Source of the DNA: a virus
Lineage: Duplodnaviria > Caudoviricetes
Virus record (IMG/VR): IMGVR_UViG_3300033481_000003
Span: 1 to 41,071 of that record
DNA length: 41,071 nucleotides
Strand: one strand, 5' to 3'
In this document: positions 16,290 through 25,496 of the stretch, piece after piece
How the letters are laid out: the number at the start of each line of letters is the position of its first letter
Numbering within the stretch: position 1 is the first letter of the stretch
Translations under genes and position numbers: made by a program
The notes under the pieces: generated by a model
The model's database searches: none
Seen by the model: only the letters and a program-made list of their open reading frames with translations
What the model was told of the DNA's origin: nothing

Positions 16290-17549
16290 CTATTTTTTGT
16301 ATGTACGACTGTTTTTGGTGTAGATTATGTTGTTATTTACCATTTTATCACGACATTTTCTCCAGTCGGCAGCAGACACCTTGGTTTTTAAATCTTTCAA
16401 TGTGATCATTTCGTCATGATCCATTTTTTTTATTTCGGACAACAAACGATCGTAAGTGTTATCGTTTCGTTTCGTTTCGGTTTTCGTTTCGCTCGGAACG
16501 GTTTTTCGTTTAGGTTTCGTTTCGGTTTCGGAACGGTTTGAAACGGTTTCGGACTTCGTTTCGTTTCGGTTTCGTTTCGGCTCGGTAACTTTTACGCTCT
16601 TTATTTCGTCTGTAAATCGTTTCGGTTTCGTTTCGGTTTGGATGTATGCTAGAACACGTTTATCCGTTTCGGTTTCGTTCCGGATTTGGGACGTACAAGC
16701 CATCGTTTTTACTGTATTTTCGTCTGACGAAATGTTGCTCGAAACCGTTTTGTTTTCTAGCAGAATCGGTGTTTTTTCGTCTGACGAAATTTGCATGTTT
16801 TCAGACGTGAAAATCGTTTCGTATTTCTTCAATCCTTCGATGTATTTCTGACGTATTTTGAGACGAAAATTCATTGTTGCGTTGAAGATAATCATATGCA
16901 AAATCGTTTGGTTTTCGCCTAACGTTTCGGACGGTTTCGAAAGTTTATTCCAACGGCAGTCGTTTGCAAGTCCAGCAAAAACCAACGAGATTAAATCGAT
17001 TGAACTCGCCAAAACGAATAAGAAAAAGTAGTACAATACGTTTTGAGGTTTTTGGAAATTAATCAAAAATATGTAGTTACAAATTATCGAAACAGCAGTG
17101 GAAGAGTAGAGCAGTAGCATCAGTTTTGTAAAGTGTTTGTACATATTTTCCTTGATGTATGTTTCATTCGTGGCAATTGTCCAAACACTGAACTGGATGA
17201 AACAAATAAGGATCACGTATGTGACATTCTGTGCAGTGTCTAGCAAGTGTTTCCATGAGTCTCCAGTGATACCACAGAGCGTTAACATGATACTTCCAAT
17301 TGTTCCTAAAAACGAAATGATAGAGTAGAGTCTTGATCTAAATAATAGCTTTTTATCGAACCCACTTTCTATCTTTGCGAATCTCAATTTTCTGTTTTCG
17401 CCCAACATGGAAATTTTATAACCATACTTCTGTTTGTTGGCTTGAAATACTTTTTCATCGTTCTCCACTTTTGATAAAATCAATGCAGATTTTAGGTCTG
17501 CAATCCATCTGTTAATTGCAATAATAAAATTTTTCATTTTTCTTTTCAT
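16290..17549 (-). CDS. Multi-pass membrane protein (about 4 TM) with low-complexity ETKPKRN linker and putative C-terminal winged-helix
   Basis: Four hydrophobic segments, repeat linker, C-terminal ~55 aa ITLKDL...WRKCRDKMV...IIYTKNSRTYKK. Confidence 0.8.
   Translation of the reverse strand: MKRKMKNFIIAINRWIADLKSALILSKVENDEKVFQANKQKYGYKISMLGENRKLRFAKIESGFDKKLLFRSRLYSIISFLGTIGSIMLTLCGITGDSWKHLLDTAQNVTYVILICFIQFSVWTIATNETYIKENMYKHFTKLMLLLYSSTAVSIICNYIFLINFQKPQNVLYYFFLFVLASSIDLISLVFAGLANDCRWNKLSKPSETLGENQTILHMIIFNATMNFRLKIRQKYIEGLKKYETIFTSENMQISSDEKTPILLENKTVSSNISSDENTVKTMACTSQIRNETETDKRVLAYIQTETKPKRFTDEIKSVKVTEPKRNRNETKSETVSNRSETETKPKRKTVPSETKTETKRNDNTYDRLLSEIKKMDHDEMITLKDLKTKVSAADWRKCRDKMVNNNIIYTKNSRTYKK
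16460..16940. repeat. GTTTC/GAAAC-rich degenerate array with two perfect palindromes TTTCGTC-T-GACGAAA
   Basis: Dense gtttcg/gtttc units 16460-16680; palindromes at 16718-16732 and 16775-16789. Confidence 0.85.
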
Positions 17550-17638
17550 CCTTTCATTGATAAATATGTCGCTAGACGCACCAGTTTGCCCATATTCGGA
17601 CTTTTTTGGTTTAGCCTAGCGACTGGTTAAAGTTGCAT

Positions 17639-17776
17639 TTAATTGTTCTGATTTACGTGCTCTATGTTTCCAGATTTAACTTCTGTGATCTCTCCGTGCT
17701 CAATTACATATTCAGCACCAAGACGAGAGTTCAAAAATTCTAAAACATAGATTGCAGTTTTGTTCATTTCGTCCAT
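17639..17776 (-). CDS. Small hypothetical protein, 45 aa (MDEMNKTAIYVLEFLNSRLGAEYVIEHGEITEVKSGNIEHVNQNN)
   Basis: Manual translation; GAAAGGAG RBS; follows consensus promoter. Confidence 0.75.
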   Translation of the reverse strand: MDEMNKTAIYVLEFLNSRLGAEYVIEHGEITEVKSGNIEHVNQNN

Positions 17777-17812
17777 GATTTTCTCCTTTCAATGTTTTTG
17801 ACCGTTATATGT

Positions 17813-17841
17813 ATTATACACTAATTTACTTTTATTGTCAA
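17813..17841 (-). promoter_or_regulatory. Perfect consensus sigma-A promoter
   Basis: TTGACA-17 bp-TATAAT. Confidence 0.88.
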
Positions 17842-17897
17842 TATATTACATTCATATTTTTGTTGATTTTTAGATATATTTGGGATAAAATTAATAT

Positions 17898-17963
17898 AGT
17901 TCTTTTCAATATAGATAATAGTTCAGCGAAAAAAGGCAATCATTTATAGTGGTTGTCTTTTTT
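17898..17963 (+). ncRNA. Putative ~65-nt small RNA divergent from the early promoter
   Basis: TTGATT-17-TAAAAT (17863-17891); terminator hairpin 17929-17963 with T run. Confidence 0.45.
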
Positions 17964-17987
17964 GTGGAGTGGAAGAGTAGTGGTAAT

Positions 17988-18016
17988 AAAAAAAGACACG
18001 GTTAAGTGTCTTTTTT
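17988..18016 (-). terminator. Bidirectional terminator after holin
   Basis: AAAAAAGACAC-GGTTAA-GTGTCTTTTTT. Confidence 0.8.
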
Positions 18017-18223
18017 ATCTGTGATTCCGTCTGTAGTAGGGTCAATCAAAATTCCTAGTAGTGATAACATGCAAACGATAATATTCGCTGTTTCCATAAC
18101 TTCGGATTGGCTGACCTTTGGTGTTATTTCGCACATTGCCAAAATGTTGTAGATCACGGTCAGAAACATTGTGAGAAACGAAACAACGGTAACAGGATTG
18201 CGTAGACGTTTTTTAATATCCAC
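18002..18223 (-). CDS. Holin, phi LC3/SPP1-like family (GTG start at 18223)
   Basis: I.KRL.NP...2 TM...LGIL.DPTT.GI.D motif; AGAGGTG RBS. Confidence 0.88.
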   Translation of the reverse strand: MDIKKRLRNPVTVVSFLTMFLTVIYNILAMCEITPKVSQSEVMETANIIVCMLSLLGILIDPTTDGITDKKDT

Positions 18224-18295
18224 GTGAATCACCTCTTTCCAAAAAAAATAAAAAACTAACATGAAAGGATTTTACAAAAAATGATTGCATAAATA

Positions 18296-18324
18296 TTATA
18301 CTATTTTATTGTTATAATGTACAG
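18296..18324 (-). promoter_or_regulatory. Possible holin promoter
   Basis: TGTACA-17 bp-TATAAT between tail gene stop and holin. Confidence 0.45.
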
Positions 18325-18327
18325 TTT

Positions 18328-21159
18328 TTATTGATTGTTAAGCATTTTTTGGACAACTTGCAACAACATTATTAAAACGTCGTTATAGTGTACTGCGTCG
18401 ATGTTACCGTCAGAATCTCTAATAACTAACTGGTCTGATACTTGTTCCACGTCCTCGGCTATCAATCCAATGTTTGTGAAATCGTAGCCTTTAAAATTAA
18501 ATCGGCAAGGTTTTAAGGCTTTTATGATTTCTTCGCAATCCTCCAAGTTGTAATCAAAGTTTTCCTTATATTTTCGTGATGATCCTGATTTTACGATGTA
18601 TCCACCGGATGTTATCATGGCCGTTGTTCCAGATCCAGTAACAACGGATCCGTTGTAACGTAGCCGTGCAGTTCCGTCAATGTATTCAATAGAAACATAG
18701 TTTGTTGAACTGTTTGCCATTAAATTTATCTTTTGATCTGATCGTATGTCTACATTTGAACCGTTATTAGAAAAATCTCCAAATCGAAGATTGTTTTCTG
18801 ATGTAATACGTGCTAAATATGTTAACCCATCATTATTGTTCCAAGATGAGATTCCACCAACACCACACAAAATACTTGATATTTTACCGAAGTCCATTAC
18901 ATCACCATTTGCACGTATAGTTCCATCGTTGTTCAACGTTGCATAAAGTGTCTTGCTTGAATTTTCACATCCAATAGAACCACCTACAGAAACAAAATTA
19001 GAATAACCCTCAGCAATTATAGAATTGTTTGTTATTTCAATGTTTTTTGTTGTAAGTGTTCCGTTTACTAAATCAATCTTCATACCACTAGTACAATCAC
19101 CATTACTATTTTCGGTATAATTATACGACTGTATCAGACCACCACCTGAAACATTCCCACCAGTTATTTTACCAGTGTATGTTATATTTTTGGAAAATAG
19201 GTCATTTACATTAATGGAATCACCATAAATAGAGTTTGTAAGTATCAGACCACCATTTATTATTGTCTGTCCATCGACACCGATTGCAGTTGCTAAAAAT
19301 TCACCATAGGATGATGGCCTAAAGTTTATGGAAGAAACAATGATGTCTTTTGCTGTCAATGTTCCAAAATCTTCATGGTTTGGTCTGTAAAAAGCCGACA
19401 CATAGCTAAGCATTCCTGATAATACCTCGTCTGGGATTTTGAAACAATCGTTTATTGTAATCCATTCGTTTATAGTGGGAGATGGTACTTTATCACTGAA
19501 ATCTATTTTATAGTTGTAGGTTGTTAAAACATTTTCGCTGTTATAGTATCCAAAACGAAAAGTTATTCCGGATCCATTAAAGTTACCAGATAAAAGTTTC
19601 GTTCTTATATCGTAAGAAATGTATTCCTTTCCCTTTAAATCTGCATTGTATTGAAAGAAACCATCTGAAATGTTTGAAGCTCCAAGATATGCTTGTTGCT
19701 TTATATTTTGATTTGGTGATGTAGTTTTGTTTCGTAAACAGTTTGCTCCATTTTCTAAATATTTTATGAAATAATCAGTGTCTGGAGAACTTCCACTCAT
19801 GCCAAAAGGAAGATTGCTTGTTTCTTCCCAGATTCTAAAGTCTGAGTTTCGGACAAAGCTGTTTAACTGGTAAAGTGTATCCGAATCAATACCGTTAAAT
19901 GTCACTAAACCATTTAAGTTGATATAACTTGCTACTAAGTCAGCTGTACGGTCTGTCAATGTAAAATCGCTTTCGCTCGTTCCACTTCCTACAATCCAAG
20001 ATATTTTTTCGCTAGTTTGTTGAATTGTTGAATATTTTCCTTCGGCTGTTTCAACCCTAGAATACAGTTCGTCAATATTATTCCTAAAAACGTGGCTTTT
20101 GTTGTTTAACACGTCTATTTTACTGCTGTCAGATTGCGTAAACCCTGCACGTGTTTTGTCTGATATTGACTCTATTGTATGGTTTAGCAACTGCACACCT
20201 CTAAAGGTTTGTGAGAGTGCAAAAGTTGTAACTGACTGAGAGGTATATGTAGTCAGTGTGATTTTGTTTCCTAACTCTATAGTAGGTTCGGAATACTTTG
20301 TTACAATATTGCTAGGCTTAAAGGTAATTGTTTTTACTTTATTGTACAAATTTGTACCAACTGTTATCAATTTAGCTGAGTCAAATCCAAATGTAAGCAT
20401 ATTACCAACAACATTGTAAATATTGGTTTGTGTGCCAATAATTTCGCTGATTGACTCGTCAGAGGTTGAAAGTGCAACCCCTGTTATTACGTCAGTAGTA
20501 TAGTTTTCAAAAGTTGACAAACTGCTGTAGTTGTCGCTGATGCTGTTGGTTGTTGTGTTGGTTAAATCTACATATTTGCATAGTCCAGCACGATTAAAAT
20601 GCCCAAATACACCGTTTAGCTCACAGATGTCGGAAAATACATCACCAAACAGGAGAGTGGTAGGTGTCATTTCTTTAGTTATCGTTATGCTGTCATTTAC
20701 AAGCGACGTGGTAACTTGCGTGTAACCAACGTACTGAAACAATTGATCACGAAAGTTTTTTATCGTGATTGGAAATGTCAAGCCATTGTACCATGTTGCA
20801 ACGTCTTTGTTTCTTAGCTTGTACATTGGATCATATGCCACAAGGGTCCTATTTGTTGAGTTAGCCACAACATTACAGGACTCAACAAAACCTGTAAACA
20901 AAGTTATGCTGTTACTTCCTATTGTCTGAGATACGGTAATCTTTTTTCCAGTAAAATCAACGTTTTGACTGTAAACACATTGGAAACGGTTAGCATTCAG
21001 TTCTGAAAAATCTAAAACGTTTGAAGTGGATAAGATCTCGTCAAGTTCCAAAGAACCTGACAAGATACCACTTGTGATTGTTGCATACTCGCCATTAGGA
21101 AAAGCTATTTTCGTTTGTCTGTTAGCCAATCCACTTAGTAAATCGTCACGTAATGCCAT
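18328..21159 (-). CDS. Tail tip/host-specificity protein with C-terminal intramolecular chaperone (Peptidase_S74)
   Basis: Position after distal tail gene; SSRKYKEN...LKPCRF...GLIAEDV...V.Y....L C-terminus; internal carbohydrate-binding-like segment. Confidence 0.85.
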   Translation of the reverse strand: MALRDDLLSGLANRQTKIAFPNGEYATITSGILSGSLELDEILSTSNVLDFSELNANRFQCVYSQNVDFTGKKITVSQTIGSNSITLFTGFVESCNVVANSTNRTLVAYDPMYKLRNKDVATWYNGLTFPITIKNFRDQLFQYVGYTQVTTSLVNDSITITKEMTPTTLLFGDVFSDICELNGVFGHFNRAGLCKYVDLTNTTTNSISDNYSSLSTFENYTTDVITGVALSTSDESISEIIGTQTNIYNVVGNMLTFGFDSAKLITVGTNLYNKVKTITFKPSNIVTKYSEPTIELGNKITLTTYTSQSVTTFALSQTFRGVQLLNHTIESISDKTRAGFTQSDSSKIDVLNNKSHVFRNNIDELYSRVETAEGKYSTIQQTSEKISWIVGSGTSESDFTLTDRTADLVASYINLNGLVTFNGIDSDTLYQLNSFVRNSDFRIWEETSNLPFGMSGSSPDTDYFIKYLENGANCLRNKTTSPNQNIKQQAYLGASNISDGFFQYNADLKGKEYISYDIRTKLLSGNFNGSGITFRFGYYNSENVLTTYNYKIDFSDKVPSPTINEWITINDCFKIPDEVLSGMLSYVSAFYRPNHEDFGTLTAKDIIVSSINFRPSSYGEFLATAIGVDGQTIINGGLILTNSIYGDSINVNDLFSKNITYTGKITGGNVSGGGLIQSYNYTENSNGDCTSGMKIDLVNGTLTTKNIEITNNSIIAEGYSNFVSVGGSIGCENSSKTLYATLNNDGTIRANGDVMDFGKISSILCGVGGISSWNNNDGLTYLARITSENNLRFGDFSNNGSNVDIRSDQKINLMANSSTNYVSIEYIDGTARLRYNGSVVTGSGTTAMITSGGYIVKSGSSRKYKENFDYNLEDCEEIIKALKPCRFNFKGYDFTNIGLIAEDVEQVSDQLVIRDSDGNIDAVHYNDVLIMLLQVVQKMLNNQ

Positions 21160-21173
21160 TTTATCACCACCTT

Positions 21174-21587
21174 TTAATATTCTATCAGTGCGAATCGTAC
21201 CGATTTATAATATATTTTGTTTGTTTTTTCGTCAATTTGGCTGTACTCATATGTAATGTCAGGGCAGTAAAATATTCCTGATACGTAGGTTTGTGACTCG
21301 CTGTTCCAATAGGTGCATGAGTATTTTCTTTGAAGTGAATTGAGAAGACCGTTAGCCATTACATTTTTGATTGCTAACATATCATCCTCGTCCATTCCAT
21401 CTATGGTTGTGTACTCGATTTTTGTTTTTGTAAAAGGAGAGGTTACACGCACCAACTCTTGTGTGTAATCGTCTCTTTCTGCAGATATCTCAGCACGTTG
21501 ATTAGGTGTCTCTGTGACTGTTGCAGTGTATCGGTTCGGCATTTTAACTGTGCCAAACTTTACATAATATCCTTGAAAATTTCCCAT
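21174..21587 (-). CDS. Distal tail protein (putative)
   Basis: Size and position after tape measure; C-terminal FALIEY. Confidence 0.7.
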   Translation of the reverse strand: MGNFQGYYVKFGTVKMPNRYTATVTETPNQRAEISAERDDYTQELVRVTSPFTKTKIEYTTIDGMDEDDMLAIKNVMANGLLNSLQRKYSCTYWNSESQTYVSGIFYCPDITYEYSQIDEKTNKIYYKSVRFALIEY

Positions 21588-24446
21588 TTAGAATGCCGTC
21601 CTTCCCGTTTGATTTTTGTATTTACGTCCTTTTTTAATCATCCAATTAAACCATTTTTCACCATCGACATACAAGTTGATTTCTTGGCCATCACGTGAAT
21701 CAAGTGCTTTGTTAAATGCATTCAATAACTTATCCTCAGGTGTTACATATTCGGCTTGTGTTTTGTTATCTCCAAGTATTGCCATGAACTCGCCAAAGTT
21801 TGGAGGAATGTAAGTTCCTTGGGCTAACTTTGGAATCTCTGGAATCTTTGCAATTGTAACACTTCCTTTATCGATTATCGTTTGCCCTGCAACCTTTATA
21901 TCGCCCCACGATATTTTTAAGGCTTTGTTTATTGCCTTGATCATGTTGTTAAAAATTGAAATAATTGCGTTCGCAGCATTCACAAAAGGTTTTACAATGG
22001 CATCTTTGATTTTGTCGTACTTGAAAGCATTTTTGAGGTTTGTTATCATGCTAGTTCCAAGTGTAGTAAAAAAAGATTTGATTCCATTGAATTTGTTTTT
22101 TAAACTGGTAATAAAAGAGTTGAAATGATCTACAATATTTCCCCATTTAAATCTTTCTTTCAATCCTGATATCATCTTTGAGCCGATATCTGAAAACCAT
22201 GTTTTTGCGTTTTCAAACTTCTTTTTTAGGCTATTTACAAAACTTGTAATATGATCTGATATTACTTTCCATGCAAATGTACCTTTTAATCCATTGATAG
22301 CTTTTTCACCAATTTTTTTGAATATATCTTGGATAGTTCCAAATGGGTTTGTTAATGCATTTAATGCTGTGGTTGCTACTTTTTTAAATTTTTCAGAATT
22401 AAAAGCCTTTAGCAAAAACTCGCCAATCTTTGTGCCTAAATCTGTAAAGTAATCATTTATTTTAGTGATTGCATCAACTATAGGCTGCGATATTTTATTT
22501 GCTATTTCTTGGCTTATACTGTCTGTAAGTTCAAAACTTGCCACAATAATATCAAATAGGGTTTTTGCAAATGCAACAAACAATCCTAACCAGTCTATTC
22601 CAGCTATAAAGTCAACGATGGACTTTCCTATTTTTTCCCAGTCAACCGTTTTTAAAAACGTGTCTATGGTTGTTATAATGTTTATCAATCCTGTAGATAG
22701 CTGTTTTGCTGTTTCGCTCCAATCGATATCAGTAAACATTTTGTTGATTGATTTGGCTATATCTGATCCAATCTGTGCAAAATCAATGGTTTCGTTTATG
22801 CCTCGCAATGTGTCAGTAATTCCGTTGATTCCATCGCTGACAATGTCTGAAATGTTATCCCAGTCGATAAAATCAAACAGTCCGTTGATTGATTCACCGA
22901 ACGAAATCCCTAGTTCTTCCCAGTCAAATGTTTTGATAAATGTTGAGATAGTAGTGGTGATTGTATTTAATCCCTCAGCAACGGTTTTGCCAACGGTTTC
23001 CCAGTCGGTTCCAAGCATTATTCCATTTCCTAGGGTTGCGAACGATTTGGCTATTCTGTCGGCTGTAGATTGGATTTTGTTCCAATCAATATCTTCAAGA
23101 GAATTTGTTAGTGCTTGACCAATTGAAAAGCCAATCATCGTAAAATCTGCGTCTTGCCATGCCTTTTTTACCATGTCTAACATTTCAAGGATTTTTTCAA
23201 CCTGTTTGGTGGTTTCGATTGCGTCAAATGTTGGAGTTACTGGCTCATCTGCTTTTGGTGTTGTTGCATCAGGAGTGCTTACCTTTTGTATAACATTTAA
23301 CTCGTCGTATTTTGCAAGTTGGTTATTCAAACCTTTTTGAGCCTTTGTTGCTTTTTCTGTTGCAAAGGCTTGGTCATACATTGCCTTAGCTTGATTTTGC
23401 GATGCTTTTATACTAGTTCCAAATAAAGTGTTTGTAAACTGTGCAAGATATCCAGTTAAAGTGACTAATGACTGCATCAGTGCGTTAATAGCTGGCATGA
23501 CTGCATTGTAAATAGGCATAAATGCAGTCATAAGATTTCCTTTTATTTGTGCCAAGGAGTCAACAAATTGGTTGTTGTAAAGTAAAACTTCTCTTGTGAC
23601 CTCTGTTATTTTACTCAATGCACTAAATAGTGCGGAATAAATTATAATAGTTCCCATCATTTTAACAGAACGTCCCATGCTTTTGGTTAAACCATCAAAA
23701 CTTTTTGCAAGTCCACCAATCGACTTTGCACCTTTTAAAACTCCTGAACCAACTATTTTTAAAAGGCTTAGTCCAAATTTGTTTAAAATTGAAACGGTTC
23801 CTTTTAAAACTGAACCTAAGCCTGAAATTCTTGTGGATGTCTTTTCTGCTTGGTCTCCTACTTCGTCAATCGCATCGGGCAAAGGTTTTAATTCTTCATC
23901 AGTTTTTTTAGATGCATCTCCAACATCGTCAATGGCATTTTCTAAATCAATTAAATCAGTTTTCTCTTTTGGGTCAACACTTACGTCCATAGGTGCGATA
24001 TCAACAGTTTCTTGTTTTGCTTTTAATGTCGATAACTGCAGTTCTACTTTTTCAATGTCAGTCTTCAACTTTTGCCAAGCCTTGCTTTGTTTTAAAATAT
24101 CCTGTATTTGTTCATCTGTAGCAACATTTTCAAGTCCTTCAGGTATTAAGCTACTTTCAAGTTCAGCTTGAGCTTTGTCTAACTCTTTTAGTTCAAGTTC
24201 AAGTTCTTGAATGGATTTTTTTGTGTTCTTTGTGGATTTATTAACACTTTTGTCCATTTCTTCAAATTCTTTTGTAACAGAAACAACTGATATTTTAGAA
24301 AGTGCTGTGGTTATTTCTTTTCCAAACGTATCAATCGATTTTTTTATGTCTTTTAATATGTCAGACAACTCTTTGAAACCTTGTTCAAGTCCTGTTTCGT
24401 CAATTTTTGTACTGATTATTACGGTTCCGTCCGGCCTATCTGCCAT
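21588..24446 (-). CDS. Tape measure protein
   Basis: DG.V.I.TKID..G N-terminus, periodic DW repeats, IPKLAQG...GD...E C-terminus. Confidence 0.93.
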   Translation of the reverse strand: MADRPDGTVIISTKIDETGLEQGFKELSDILKDIKKSIDTFGKEITTALSKISVVSVTKEFEEMDKSVNKSTKNTKKSIQELELELKELDKAQAELESSLIPEGLENVATDEQIQDILKQSKAWQKLKTDIEKVELQLSTLKAKQETVDIAPMDVSVDPKEKTDLIDLENAIDDVGDASKKTDEELKPLPDAIDEVGDQAEKTSTRISGLGSVLKGTVSILNKFGLSLLKIVGSGVLKGAKSIGGLAKSFDGLTKSMGRSVKMMGTIIIYSALFSALSKITEVTREVLLYNNQFVDSLAQIKGNLMTAFMPIYNAVMPAINALMQSLVTLTGYLAQFTNTLFGTSIKASQNQAKAMYDQAFATEKATKAQKGLNNQLAKYDELNVIQKVSTPDATTPKADEPVTPTFDAIETTKQVEKILEMLDMVKKAWQDADFTMIGFSIGQALTNSLEDIDWNKIQSTADRIAKSFATLGNGIMLGTDWETVGKTVAEGLNTITTTISTFIKTFDWEELGISFGESINGLFDFIDWDNISDIVSDGINGITDTLRGINETIDFAQIGSDIAKSINKMFTDIDWSETAKQLSTGLINIITTIDTFLKTVDWEKIGKSIVDFIAGIDWLGLFVAFAKTLFDIIVASFELTDSISQEIANKISQPIVDAITKINDYFTDLGTKIGEFLLKAFNSEKFKKVATTALNALTNPFGTIQDIFKKIGEKAINGLKGTFAWKVISDHITSFVNSLKKKFENAKTWFSDIGSKMISGLKERFKWGNIVDHFNSFITSLKNKFNGIKSFFTTLGTSMITNLKNAFKYDKIKDAIVKPFVNAANAIISIFNNMIKAINKALKISWGDIKVAGQTIIDKGSVTIAKIPEIPKLAQGTYIPPNFGEFMAILGDNKTQAEYVTPEDKLLNAFNKALDSRDGQEINLYVDGEKWFNWMIKKGRKYKNQTGRTAF

Positions 24447-24450
24447 AATA

Positions 24451-25020
24451 TCACTCCTTTCCGTTAAGTTTTCTAAGTATTCTGTCGACTTGTTCTTGTT
24501 CTTCTTTGCTTCTTTTCAGTCGTATCATGTCGATATTTTCTTTGTAATACTTTTCTTCTTCTTCTGTTAGTTTTTCGTGACGGTTTAATTTATGCCTTAT
24601 TCCTGTGATAGTAGTAAACAGGCATTCGCGTATTCCATGGAAGTACCCGATAAACGTCCACCAATGCAAATGTTCAAGTTCTCTAACTTCTTTGTTTGCA
24701 ACTTGGTTTATGGCCGAAAATATGATTTGCTCGTCTTGTTCCCAGTTGTATACAGGTTTTTGAGTAGATCTTTTTTCTGACTCGTCACCAAGGTTTATAA
24801 ACCAAATCATTTTTGTTAGTGCATCCTCAAAATGTTCATTTGGTATTGTTTCGTGGTTAATGTAAAAAATCTCGTAGGCTGTTTGAAATTTTTCAAGACG
24901 TGTTAGTTCGTTGTCCGAAAGAGAAAAAATCTCAAAAAGTCCCAATATAACACGAAAGTCAGTGCGAATAGAATATTCTACTCCACCGACTTCTAGTGTT
25001 TTTGGAAGTATTCCTATCAT
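24451..25020 (-). CDS. Gp15-family tail assembly protein
   Basis: LP.....G..Y.IRTDFR, W.QD..I.SA, LHWWTF. Confidence 0.88.
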   Translation of the reverse strand: MIGILPKTLEVGGVEYSIRTDFRVILGLFEIFSLSDNELTRLEKFQTAYEIFYINHETIPNEHFEDALTKMIWFINLGDESEKRSTQKPVYNWEQDEQIIFSAINQVANKEVRELEHLHWWTFIGYFHGIRECLFTTITGIRHKLNRHEKLTEEEEKYYKENIDMIRLKRSKEEQEQVDRILRKLNGKE

Positions 25021-25472
25021 GGAATGTACTTGCCTTTTACTTTATTTACTTTATCTCTATCAATAACAGAATTTTTATTAACGATCTCTTTTATCGTTGG
25101 CATCAATGCATCCAGTAACACTAACACAAAAGGTTTTACCTCTTTGCCTGTATTTATCATTGTGATGCATGATGTATTTTTAAATACTGTTTTTGATACG
25201 TTTGAATCAAAAATAAAATCTACAATCTGTTTAATCCTGTCATCAATTTCTTTGATTTTGGCTTTTACCAACTTGTCGGAAATATCGACATGTTCGGGAT
25301 CAAACAATTCAGTGATTTCTTTTTCTAACTTTGATATTTGGTCAAAACCATCTGACGATCTGTGGATAATATTGAAATCGTTTGGATTGATTGATATTGT
25401 TCCTAAATCCTCGCCAAGATGATTTTTTATTGGTATGTTCACATGACCTGTATTAATAACAATCGGTTTCAT
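25017..25472 (-). CDS. Tail assembly chaperone
   Basis: Between major tail and Gp15; NP.D.N...R, ID..F pattern. Confidence 0.75.
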   Translation of the reverse strand: MKPIVINTGHVNIPIKNHLGEDLGTISINPNDFNIIHRSSDGFDQISKLEKEITELFDPEHVDISDKLVKAKIKEIDDRIKQIVDFIFDSNVSKTVFKNTSCITMINTGKEVKPFVLVLLDALMPTIKEIVNKNSVIDRDKVNKVKGKYIP

Positions 25473-25496
25473 TCTATCGCCCTTTCATTGCGTTTT

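Noticed and set aside
16460-16700. CRISPR array (GTTTC/GAAAC ends)
   Set aside because: No constant 25-45 bp repeat with unique spacers; lies within an open reading frame; no cas genes
18328-21159. Diversity-generating retroelement targeting the tail gene
   Set aside because: No reverse transcriptase and no TR/VR repeat pair seen
24451-25472. Programmed frameshift between tail chaperones
   Set aside because: Genes are coupled by an ATGA overlap and Gp15 has its own start; no convincing slippery site at the junction
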